8,372 nt of DNA, from positions 1 through 8,372 of the forward strand of contig JBAWVI010000040.1 in assembly GCA_037147375.1 (NCBI GenBank), read 5' to 3'. Positions 1-5,965 of the stretch are shown here, piece after piece; position 1 is the first letter of the stretch; every line of letters starts with the position of its first letter. This DNA comes from an archaeon. GTDB taxonomy: Archaea > Iainarchaeota > Iainarchaeia > Iainarchaeales > CSSED10-239. The notes beneath the pieces are model-generated. The model saw only the letters and a program-made list of their open reading frames with translations. It had not been told where the DNA came from and made no database searches. Both the position numbers and the translations under genes were made by a program.

Positions 1-1264
1 AAAGGATCATACAATGTTTTTGTACAATCTTGATGAAGCAACAACAGCTAGAGATTCATACACATCTGATGAAATAGACGGACATTCATTATATGTTAAG
101 TTCTATGAAAGTACAGTAGCTTCAGACGCTAATTTCACAGTACAAATAGATGACTCTGATGGTAAGTACTTAATAGGCGGACAAGGAACAACTCCAACAT
201 GGGGAACTACAAATAACAACTATTACCTTGCAACAAATACAGTTAATTCAAATTCTACATACGGAATATACTATAATTTAAATATCCCTTACTATAACAA
301 TGAGGAAAAATATGTATCTTACAGTATGTTACTACAACCACAATCAATCTCTGCTGGTTTAACTGGAGATTTCAACAAGGTTAAGACAGTTGCTATGGGT
401 TTAAAGGATGCTCAAGCAGTAAAGCCTATTGGAGACACACAATATACATGGAACATATCTGGTATTGAAACATCTGGTAAAGATGCAACTGCATTCCAAG
501 ATAATGGTGACTTTGTAGGAGATAGAAACGATAGTACAACATTTGCTTCAAATTATGCAGCAGATTCATTTGAATCTATTGTAAGAATTGATGTAAATAA
601 TGCTACAAACACACACATCTACGCATATTATGATGCATACACAGGAGATATGGTAACTCTTTCAGATAATGATTTCACTGACACATACAAGCAAGTTGCT
701 TACTCAGATGGAACAAACACATTCAATTTATCTGATGAAGGAAACGATACAGATCTTGAATTCGGTTACACAACATACGGTGCATACGTATCTATCTTAG
801 ATGGATATGTTAATATGACACTTCCTGAACAACAATTAAAAGGACAAATCTTCATAGGTGGAGGAATTTCATCTGAAACAACACTTAATGGTGGAAATGT
901 TACTTTAACTACTGTTGGAACTGTTGTTACAACTGAAGATGGAGCAATGTCTGCAAAATTAGTTTCAAGTAACGTTATAGGCGGAACATCTGGAACAGCA
1001 ATAACTCCAGCTGCTTGGAATGTTGGAACTAATAGACTTGTTTACTTAGATAATGAATCACCAGCAGGTAACATGATCATCGTTGGTGGATTTGTTGTAA
1101 ACACTCTTGCAAAGACAGTATACGGCCTTGAAGACAAGCTTGTTCAATCAGGTAACTACGTTGTTGGAAGAGCAACTAACGGAAATATCATAGTTGCTGG
1201 AACAGACGCTGTTGACACAGCTTCAGCTGCAAAGGAATTAATCGCAGCAATCGAAAACATGTAA
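1..1264 (+). CDS. S-layer-type surface glycoprotein, C-terminal ~420 aa (5' end probably outside the window)
   Basis: The frame is open from nt 2 (K-D-H-T precedes the first ATG at 14). The ATG-14 product has no signal peptide, so the gene is likely 5'-partial. Composition is Thr/Asn/Gly/Tyr-rich and Cys-free. There are 10 N-x-S/T sequons (NFT, NST, NIS, NDS, NAT, NLS, NDT, NMT, NVT, NES). The C-terminus ...MIIVGGFVVNTLAK...NIIVAGTDAVDTASAAKELIAAI recalls the C-terminal domain of Methanococcales-type S-layer proteins (from memory, not searched). GC is higher than in the island genes (22/60 in line 841-900). Confidence 0.65.
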   Translation, partial: KDHTMFLYNLDEATTARDSYTSDEIDGHSLYVKFYESTVASDANFTVQIDDSDGKYLIGGQGTTPTWGTTNNNYYLATNTVNSNSTYGIYYNLNIPYYNNEEKYVSYSMLLQPQSISAGLTGDFNKVKTVAMGLKDAQAVKPIGDTQYTWNISGIETSGKDATAFQDNGDFVGDRNDSTTFASNYAADSFESIVRIDVNNATNTHIYAYYDAYTGDMVTLSDNDFTDTYKQVAYSDGTNTFNLSDEGNDTDLEFGYTTYGAYVSILDGYVNMTLPEQQLKGQIFIGGGISSETTLNGGNVTLTTVGTVVTTEDGAMSAKLVSSNVIGGTSGTAITPAAWNVGTNRLVYLDNESPAGNMIIVGGFVVNTLAKTVYGLEDKLVQSGNYVVGRATNGNIIVAGTDAVDTASAAKELIAAIENM

Positions 1265-1277
1265 ATGTTTGAGATAT

Positions 1278-1316
1278 GAAAAGGATTAAACCCCTTTTCC
1301 TTTTTTCTTTTTTTTT
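1278..1316 (+). terminator. Hairpin plus long oligo-T tract downstream of the surface-protein gene
   Basis: GAAAAGG (1278-1284) pairs with CCTTTTC (1293-1299). This is followed by CTTTTTTC and a 9-T run (1308-1316). Oligo-T tracts act as archaeal terminators. Confidence 0.6.
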
Positions 1317-1352
1317 AAATTTCCCTTGAGACGTAAGTCTAGGCTCTAATTA
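1310..1352 (+). repeat. Repeat family A, copy 1 (T-run + AAA + hairpin core TGAGACGTAAGTCTAGGC)
   Basis: About 38 of 43 aligned positions are identical to 2953-2994. The 18-nt core 1327-1344 is identical to 2969-2986. The core folds as AGAC-GTAA-GTCT (GNRA-type loop), extended by CCT/AGG arms with one bulged G. Confidence 0.85.
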
Positions 1353-1518
1353 TTTTTCTGATTATTTTGGTCAATAGCTTGATCAAAAGCAAGTGGGTTT
1401 TGTTCAACAGGTTGACCAAATAAAGACCTATATTCACCTGTTTTTAATCTGATCTTAATTAAACCACCCTTACTAATTTATACATATTACCAAGTTGACT
1501 AGTGAAAAATAGCTAATT

Positions 1519-1540
1519 ATTAACTAGTGCGCTAGTTAAT
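1519..1540. promoter_or_regulatory. 22-bp near-perfect palindrome (operator-like) upstream of ATPase-1
   Basis: ATTAACTAGTG|CGCTAGTTAAT has 10 of 11 symmetric pairs. An extra ACTAGTG half-site lies at 1498-1504. The palindrome sits just upstream of the (AT)n TATA-like tract at ~1549-1562, which is centred about 26 nt before ATG 1582. Confidence 0.45.
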
Positions 1541-1581
1541 TTAGCGATACATATATATATATCCTTAGTTATATACTATAT

Positions 1582-2913
1582 ATGGAAAGAAATAAAATAA
1601 TCCAACAGAACCCCTGGTGGGGAGAACAGGATGATTCTGATCTTTTACAAGTAAGTAAATCTAAATTTAAAATAGATAGAATAAGTTTACAGGTAGTAAA
1701 AGGAAAAGTATATCTAATCAAAGGACCAAGAAGAGTAGGTAAAACAATATACCTAAAACAAATTGCTAGAGATAATAAAGATAGAGCACTTTATATTAAT
1801 TTAGATTCTTTTTCAAACACAAAACCAAATGAATTAATAAGAGAAATAGAATCATTTATTAATCTTAAAAAAGATGCAATAATACTTATAGATGAAGTCC
1901 AAAATTTAAAAGATAATTGCTCATTTTTAAAAGCAATGTCAGATTTAAATATATTAAAAGAGGCAACAGTCTTTGTAACTGGTTCTGATCCAAGAGCAAT
2001 AGAAGTATGCAAACAAAAATTAATTGGAAGATCAGAAGAACAAAGAATAATGGCTCCACTAACCTTTAGACAGTTTTTATTAAATATAACAAAAGAAAAT
2101 AATCTAAAATTAAATAATTCATTACAAAACACAATATCAGTAAAAGATAGTAATAAAATAATAAAAGAAAAATATTTATTATTAGAACCCCATACCATAG
2201 AAATAGAAAAATATTTTGATATATATCTATTAACTGGTGGTTTCCCAGAAACTATTAATTGTTACCTAACAAATAATACAATAACTAAAAAGTACTATGA
2301 AGACTTAATACAGAAAATATTTGAAAAATTAGATAAACAAAAAACAATTTCTATTTTAAGAATACTAAACAATAGTTTGTCTAATTCATTAAAGTATTCT
2401 ACTATATCCCAAAAAGCAGAGTTATCCCCAGATACTGTTAAAAGCTATTTATTTGATTTAAGTGAGTTACTATTATTATTCGAAGTTAAAGAAAAACAAA
2501 ATGATCATCAAAAAAAATATTATTTTAAAGATCCATTTATAATCCACTCAATAAATTCATATTATTCTAATTTAGATCCATTTATGGAGTCTATAAATTA
2601 TATTTTAAATGAACAAACAAAAGGTCAATTAGTTGAAAATGTAGTTGCTGGTCATTTACATAATATTTATTTTCACAATTTACAATATTTATTTACAAAA
2701 AATAAAGAAGTTGATTTTATAATGTATAATAAAGCAATAGAAGTAAAATATAGGGCTAATATCGTCGCTCCTAATAAGATCGCAGGAGATCTAGAATATT
2801 TATTACTTACTAGATATCCTCAAGGGCTAGTTGATATAGAAAAAAATAATACATTAGCAATACCTGTAAGTTCATTTCTTGCTATGTTAGAGCCCCCAAT
2901 TAATTTTTTATAA
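1582..2913 (+). CDS. AAA+ ATPase of the AAA_14/DUF4143 (COG1373-like) type with C-terminal D..ExK nuclease-like motif (paralog 1)
   Basis: 443-aa ORF. The N-terminal NPWW motif is typical of this family. Walker A is GPRRVGKT (aa 48-55, nt 1723-1746). Walker B is IILIDEVQ (aa ~100-107). The C-terminal motif is EVDFIMYNKAIEVKY, with D378 at nt 2713-2715, E387 at 2740-2742 and K389 at 2746-2748. The family call is from memory of the domain architecture. Confidence 0.85.
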   Translation: MERNKIIQQNPWWGEQDDSDLLQVSKSKFKIDRISLQVVKGKVYLIKGPRRVGKTIYLKQIARDNKDRALYINLDSFSNTKPNELIREIESFINLKKDAIILIDEVQNLKDNCSFLKAMSDLNILKEATVFVTGSDPRAIEVCKQKLIGRSEEQRIMAPLTFRQFLLNITKENNLKLNNSLQNTISVKDSNKIIKEKYLLLEPHTIEIEKYFDIYLLTGGFPETINCYLTNNTITKKYYEDLIQKIFEKLDKQKTISILRILNNSLSNSLKYSTISQKAELSPDTVKSYLFDLSELLLLFEVKEKQNDHQKKYYFKDPFIIHSINSYYSNLDPFMESINYILNEQTKGQLVENVVAGHLHNIYFHNLQYLFTKNKEVDFIMYNKAIEVKYRANIVAPNKIAGDLEYLLLTRYPQGLVDIEKNNTLAIPVSSFLAMLEPPINFL

Positions 2914-2920
2914 TTTTTGA

Positions 2921-2959
2921 TATCAGTGACTTTACTGATAAAAGGCTTCAACTTTTTTT
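2921..2959 (+). terminator. Hairpin plus T7 run downstream of ATPase-1
   Basis: TATCAGT (2921-2927) pairs with ACTGATA (2934-2940) around a 6-nt loop. A TTTTTTT run follows at 2953-2959. The hairpin / T-run / family-A-core layout is the same as after the surface-protein gene. Confidence 0.5.
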
Positions 2960-2994
2960 AAATTCTCCTGAGACGTAAGTCTAGGCCCTAATAA
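2953..2994 (+). repeat. Repeat family A, copy 2
   Basis: TTTTTTTAAATTCTCCTGAGACGTAAGTCTAGGCCCTAATAA aligns to 1310-1352 with 4 mismatches and 1 gap. Confidence 0.85.
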
Positions 2995-3042
2995 CATCAT
3001 AGATCTATTTAAAAGGATAACTATTAGTATGTTATATACACC

Positions 3043-3066
3043 TAACATATTATTAATAATATGTTA
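3043..3066. promoter_or_regulatory. 24-bp perfect palindrome (operator-like) upstream of ATPase-2
   Basis: TAACATATTATT|AATAATATGTTA has all 12 symmetric pairs matching. An extra TATGTTA half-site lies at 3029-3035. The palindrome is 33-45 nt upstream of the candidate starts at 3099 and 3111. Confidence 0.45.
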
Positions 3067-3098
3067 CTTGCACATAACCAACTATAATGTGATATTTT

Positions 3099-4427
3099 AT
3101 GCGAGATATTATGTCTTATAATCAAAATATTTTAATTTCACAAAACCAATGGTGGAAAGAACAAATATCTATTGATTATAAAGAAAGAGATGAACATCTA
3201 AAAATATTACAATATTTAAAGGAACCTCAAATAATAGCTATAACAGGAATTAGAAGAGTTGGAAAAACAACAACCTTATATAAATTAATTGAAAAATACA
3301 TTTTAGAAGGCTTTAATAAAACAAGTATTTTATTTGTTTCTTTTGATGAACTTAAAGAAGAAAAAATAAGAAACATAATAGAAGATTATTGTATATTACA
3401 CAACAAAGATTTATTCAAAGATAATTTATTATTTTTCTTTGATGAAATTCAAAAAGTTAATAATTGGGAAGATCAATTAAAATCAATATATGATGAACAT
3501 AAACTAAAAGGAAATATTAAAATATTTATATCAGGCTCAGAATCTCTATTTATAAGAAAAAAATCAAAAGAATCTCTAGCAGGAAGAATATATGAATTTA
3601 AATTAAATCCATTATCCTTTAAAGAATATTTATCTTTTATAAATTATAATTTCGATAATATTAATCTATATAATAAAGAGTTATTGCAAAAGTTTAATGA
3701 ATATATTATTTCCCAAGGATTCCCAGAATTAATAAATAAAACAAATAAAGAAATAATAAAGAATTATACTTCTGGAATTATTGAAAAAGTAATATTTAGT
3801 GATATTGCAATTCAGTTTAAAGTCAAAAATCCATCAGTTTTAGAATCAATAGTAAACATAATCTCAAATGAACCTGGGCAGATAATAGATAACAATGGTT
3901 TAGCAAAAGAACTTGGAATATCTAGACAATTAATTTCAACATATTTAAAATATTTGTGTGATTCCTTCTTAGTTTTAAAATTATATAACTTTTCTAAAAA
4001 TCAAAGAAAATCAGAAAGAAAGCAAAAGAAGTATTATCCAATTATTTTACCAAATCAATTGGTCTTTAGTGATGATTATCTTATTAAAACAAAAGTTTTT
4101 GAAAGTATTATTGTTAGTCAATTAGAATCTAATTTTTTTTGGAGAACTCCTCAACAAAATGAAGTGGATATTATATTAACAAAAGATAATAAAATAATCC
4201 CAATAGAAATAAAATATGGTAAAATAGAAACTACAGGGCTTGTTAAGTTTTTAACAACTTTTAATTTAGATAAGGGATATATAATTAGTTATAATGAAGA
4301 AAAAATAATAACAAATAATGTTAAAATTAAAACTAATTCAGGCATAGTTAAAGACGTTAAGAAAACAATTTATGTTATTCCAGCATATAAGTTTTTGCTT
4401 CTTAAAGATAAATATTTATCAGGATAA
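3099..4427 (+). CDS. AAA+ ATPase of the AAA_14/DUF4143 (COG1373-like) type with C-terminal D..ExK nuclease-like motif (paralog 2)
   Basis: 442-aa ORF. ATG 3111 (MSYNQNILISQNQWW) aligns better with the N-terminus of paralog 1 and may be the true start. Walker A is GIRRVGKTT (aa 50-58). Walker B is LFFFDEIQ. The C-terminal motif is EVDIILTKDNKIIPIEIKY, with D357 at nt 4167-4169, E370 at 4206-4208 and K372 at 4212-4214. Confidence 0.85.
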   Translation: MRDIMSYNQNILISQNQWWKEQISIDYKERDEHLKILQYLKEPQIIAITGIRRVGKTTTLYKLIEKYILEGFNKTSILFVSFDELKEEKIRNIIEDYCILHNKDLFKDNLLFFFDEIQKVNNWEDQLKSIYDEHKLKGNIKIFISGSESLFIRKKSKESLAGRIYEFKLNPLSFKEYLSFINYNFDNINLYNKELLQKFNEYIISQGFPELINKTNKEIIKNYTSGIIEKVIFSDIAIQFKVKNPSVLESIVNIISNEPGQIIDNNGLAKELGISRQLISTYLKYLCDSFLVLKLYNFSKNQRKSERKQKKYYPIILPNQLVFSDDYLIKTKVFESIIVSQLESNFFWRTPQQNEVDIILTKDNKIIPIEIKYGKIETTGLVKFLTTFNLDKGYIISYNEEKIITNNVKIKTNSGIVKDVKKTIYVIPAYKFLLLKDKYLSG

Positions 4428-4437
4428 AGAATGGTTC

Positions 4438-4482
4438 TTTAATGAAGCTTGGCCAGCTACCCCCCCGAAAGGAATATATTTA
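4438..4482 (+). promoter_or_regulatory. Repeat family B, copy 1: GC-rich 33-mer fused to a BRE/TATA-like box, upstream of the RhuM gene
   Basis: TTTAATGAAGCTTGGCCAGCTACCCCCCCGAAA (4438-4470) is 31/33 identical to 5529-5561. Its 3' end, CCGAAAGG + AATATATTTA, resembles an archaeal BRE (CGAAA-type) plus TATA box. It lies about 31-40 nt before ATG 4513. Confidence 0.6.
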
Positions 4483-4512
4483 CAATTTACACTAATATAT
4501 GTGTGATTGTAC

Positions 4513-5523
4513 ATGAATAAGGAAATTATATCTGAAAAAAATAGCTTTTTACTTTATAAATCTCCTACTGGAGAAATAAAAATAGACGTATTTTTACATG
4601 ATGAAACAATTTGGTTGACCCAAAAGAAAATAGCAGAATTATTTAGTGTAGAAACAAATACAATTAACTATCATTTAAAAGAAATTTTTAAATCAAAAGA
4701 ATTAGATGAAAATTCAACTATTCGAAAATTTCGAATAGTTCAAAAAGAAGGTTTAAGAGAAGTAGAAAGAGAAGTAGAATTATATAATTTAGATGTAATT
4801 ATTTCTGTAGGATACAGAGTTAATTCTTCAAAAGCAACTCAATTCAGAATTTGGGCAAATAAAATTTTAAAAGAATATATAATTAAAGGATTTGCTATAG
4901 ATGATTATAGATTAAAGAATCCAAATTATTTTATAAATGATTATTTTAACGAACTTCTTGAAAGAATAAGGTCAATTAGAACTAGTGAAAGAAGGATTTA
5001 TCAAAAAATAACAGATATTTTTGCAGAATGCAGTATTGATTATGATTCTAATTCTAAGATTACAAAAGATTTCTATGCTACAGTTCAAAATAAATTTCAT
5101 TATGCAATTACAGGAAGTACAGCTTCAGAAATTATTTTTAATAAATCAGATGCAAAAAAAGTAAATATGGGTTTAACAACTTGGAGAAATGCACCAACTG
5201 GTAAAATTTTAAAATCAGATGTAATTATTGCTAAAAATTATCTTCAAGAAAAAGAGATTAAACAACTCGAGAGAACAGTATCTAGTTTTTTTGATTATAT
5301 TGAGAGAATTGTGGAAAGTAAGAAACTAATGTATATGGAAGATTTAGCAGAAAGTGTTAATAAATTTTTAGAATTTAATGAATATAAAAAGCTAAAAGAT
5401 AAAGGTAAAATTTCTTTTAAAAATGCAGAAAATAAAGCAATCAAAGAATACACTAAATTTAATAAGACTCAAATAATCGAATCTGACTTTGATAAATTTT
5501 CAAAGCGTTTATTAAATAAATAA
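4513..5523 (+). CDS. rhuM: RhuM-family (Virulence_RhuM) protein
   Basis: The ORF track starts at TTG 4507, but ATG 4513 (MNKEII...) is the more likely start. The N-terminal half (LLYKSPTGEIKIDVFLHDETIWLTQKKIAELFSVETNTINYHLKEIFKSKEL...LYNLDVIISVGYRVNSSKATQFRIWANKILKEYIIKGF) matches the conserved RhuM signature as I remember it. The tail is helical and Lys/Glu-rich. Confidence 0.85.
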   Translation: MNKEIISEKNSFLLYKSPTGEIKIDVFLHDETIWLTQKKIAELFSVETNTINYHLKEIFKSKELDENSTIRKFRIVQKEGLREVEREVELYNLDVIISVGYRVNSSKATQFRIWANKILKEYIIKGFAIDDYRLKNPNYFINDYFNELLERIRSIRTSERRIYQKITDIFAECSIDYDSNSKITKDFYATVQNKFHYAITGSTASEIIFNKSDAKKVNMGLTTWRNAPTGKILKSDVIIAKNYLQEKEIKQLERTVSSFFDYIERIVESKKLMYMEDLAESVNKFLEFNEYKKLKDKGKISFKNAENKAIKEYTKFNKTQIIESDFDKFSKRLLNK

Positions 5524-5528
5524 TATAT

Positions 5529-5571
5529 TTTAATGATGCTTGGCCAGCTACCCTCCCGAAAAGTATATACA
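5529..5571 (+). promoter_or_regulatory. Repeat family B, copy 2: same 33-mer plus BRE/TATA-like box, upstream of the ORF6N gene
   Basis: TTTAATGATGCTTGGCCAGCTACCCTCCCGAAA (5529-5561) is followed by AG + TATATACA (5564-5571). The TATA centre lies about 27 nt before ATG 5595, consistent with a leaderless transcript. Confidence 0.6.
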
Positions 5572-5594
5572 CGACCATTTCTATAATATATCTG

Positions 5595-5858
5595 ATGATT
5601 ATACGAATGATAGGAAATAATTTAATTACTCAGGAGAACATAAAATATAAAATTTATAAAATCAGAGATACCCAAGTTATGCTTGATAGAGACTTAGCTA
5701 ACCTATATGAAATAGATGCTATACGTTTGCGTGAGCAAGTGAAAAGAAATATTGCAAGATTTACAAATAAGTTTATGTTTCAATTGAATCTTGTTGAAAT
5801 TGATTTCATGGTATCACAAAATGTGATACCAAGTTTAAAGAAGTTAGCTATCTTGTGA
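5595..5858 (+). CDS. ORF6N (KilA-N-like) domain protein, apparently 3'-truncated or scrambled (possible pseudogene)
   Basis: IYKIRDTQVMLDRDLANLYEIDAIRLREQVKRNIARFTNKFMFQL matches the ORF6N core pattern (..R...VMLD.DLA.LY.V....L...VKRN..RF...FMFQL). The ORF ends at TGA 5856-5858. The next 17 in-frame codons (SQIVTTNLGWDGVPYTP, stop at 5910-5912) resemble the usual family continuation (..SQIVTS..GG....PY.FT..) better than the actual tail VSQNVIPSLKKLAIL does. Confidence 0.7.
   Translation: MIIRMIGNNLITQENIKYKIYKIRDTQVMLDRDLANLYEIDAIRLREQVKRNIARFTNKFMFQLNLVEIDFMVSQNVIPSLKKLAIL
5809..5831. repeat. 23-nt perfect hairpin/palindrome TGGTATCACA-AAA-TGTGATACCA inside the ORF6N 3' end
   Basis: All 10 arm pairs match. 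It shares the TCACA/TGTGA core with the downstream 13-mers. Confidence 0.8.
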
Positions 5859-5878
5859 TCACAAATTGTGACCACAAA
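5853..5878. repeat. Tandem 13-mer x2 (TTGTGATCACAAA / TTGTGACCACAAA), each itself palindromic
   Basis: The two units are 12/13 identical. 5853-5864 (TTGTGATCACAA) is a perfect 12-bp palindrome. 5859-5871 (TCACAA-A-TTGTGA) forms a second, overlapping palindrome. The array spans the ORF6N stop codon. Confidence 0.8.
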
Positions 5879-5891
5879 TTTAGGATGGGAT

Positions 5892-5908
5892 GGGGTGCCT
5901 TACACCCC
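5892..5908 (+). terminator. GC-rich hairpin GGGGTG-CCTTA-CACCCC followed by TTAAATTTA
   Basis: A 6-bp G/C-rich stem in an otherwise ~20% GC region, at the end of the ORF6N remnant frame. A terminator role is inferred only. Confidence 0.3.
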
Positions 5909-5935
5909 TTAAATTTATAGTCTAAATGCAACTCA

Positions 5936-5943
5936 TTTATAAA
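5936..5943 (+). promoter_or_regulatory. TATA box (TTTATAAA) for the wHTH-NTase operon
   Basis: Near-consensus archaeal TATA centred about 26 nt upstream of ATG 5966, implying a leaderless mRNA. ATGCAACT occurs on both sides of it (5926-5933 and 5966-5973). Confidence 0.5.
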
Positions 5944-5965
5944 CCTTTAGCACCACAATATAATT

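Noticed and set aside
14-16. ATG at 14 as the true start of the surface-protein gene (AGGATCA upstream looks weakly SD-like)
   Set aside because: The resulting N-terminus (MFLYNLDEATTARD...) has no signal peptide or hydrophobic segment, which a secreted S-layer protein needs. The frame is also open to the window edge. The gene is treated as 5'-partial, though this cannot be settled from the window.
1349-1477. Open 43-codon frame on the - strand (ISKGGLIKIRLKTGEYRSLFGQPVEQNPLAFDQAIDQNNQKNN*), possibly the 3' remnant of a disrupted gene; TTTGGTCAA/TTGACCAAA inverted repeats lie at about 1367 and 1412
   Set aside because: It has no ATG/GTG/TTG start in frame and I recognise no family. The Q/N/K-rich composition is what AT-rich non-coding DNA yields. 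A TBLASTN could revisit this, but I cannot support a feature.
1791-2198. 135-aa ORF on the - strand
   Set aside because: It lies entirely inside the well-supported ATPase-1 CDS on the opposite strand. Its sequence is a low-complexity Phe/Ile/Leu/Ser-rich mirror of an AT-rich gene, with no recognisable motifs or independent promoter, so it is judged spurious.
4447-4470. Reverse strand of repeat B (CGGGGGGGTAGCTGGCCAAGC) resembles the 5' acceptor/D-arm of an archaeal tRNA, hinting at a tRNA-derived att remnant
   Set aside because: The would-be D-loop is only 5 nt and the following sequence is AT-rich with no anticodon or T arm. Only about 20 nt look tRNA-like and no integrase is present. It is worth a BLASTN against the host tRNA genes, but the sequence alone does not support it.
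5533-5596. Possible archaeal C/D-box sRNA (AATGATGC as C box at 5533, CTGA as D box at 5592)
   Set aside because: The C-box-like heptamer is degenerate in copy 2 (AUGAUGC) and worse in copy 1 (AUGAAGC). No internal D'/C' boxes are visible. Copy 1 has no CUGA at the equivalent distance, and there is no terminal stem. The conserved part fits a promoter module better.
5856-5912. TGA at 5856 read as selenocysteine with the GGGGTG/CACCCC hairpin acting as a SECIS-like element
   Set aside because: Read-through would add only 17 residues, and the hairpin would lie inside the extension rather than in a 3' UTR. The hairpin also lacks the features I recall for archaeal SECIS elements, and an ORF6N DNA-binding protein has no plausible need for Sec. 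Truncation by duplication is more parsimonious.
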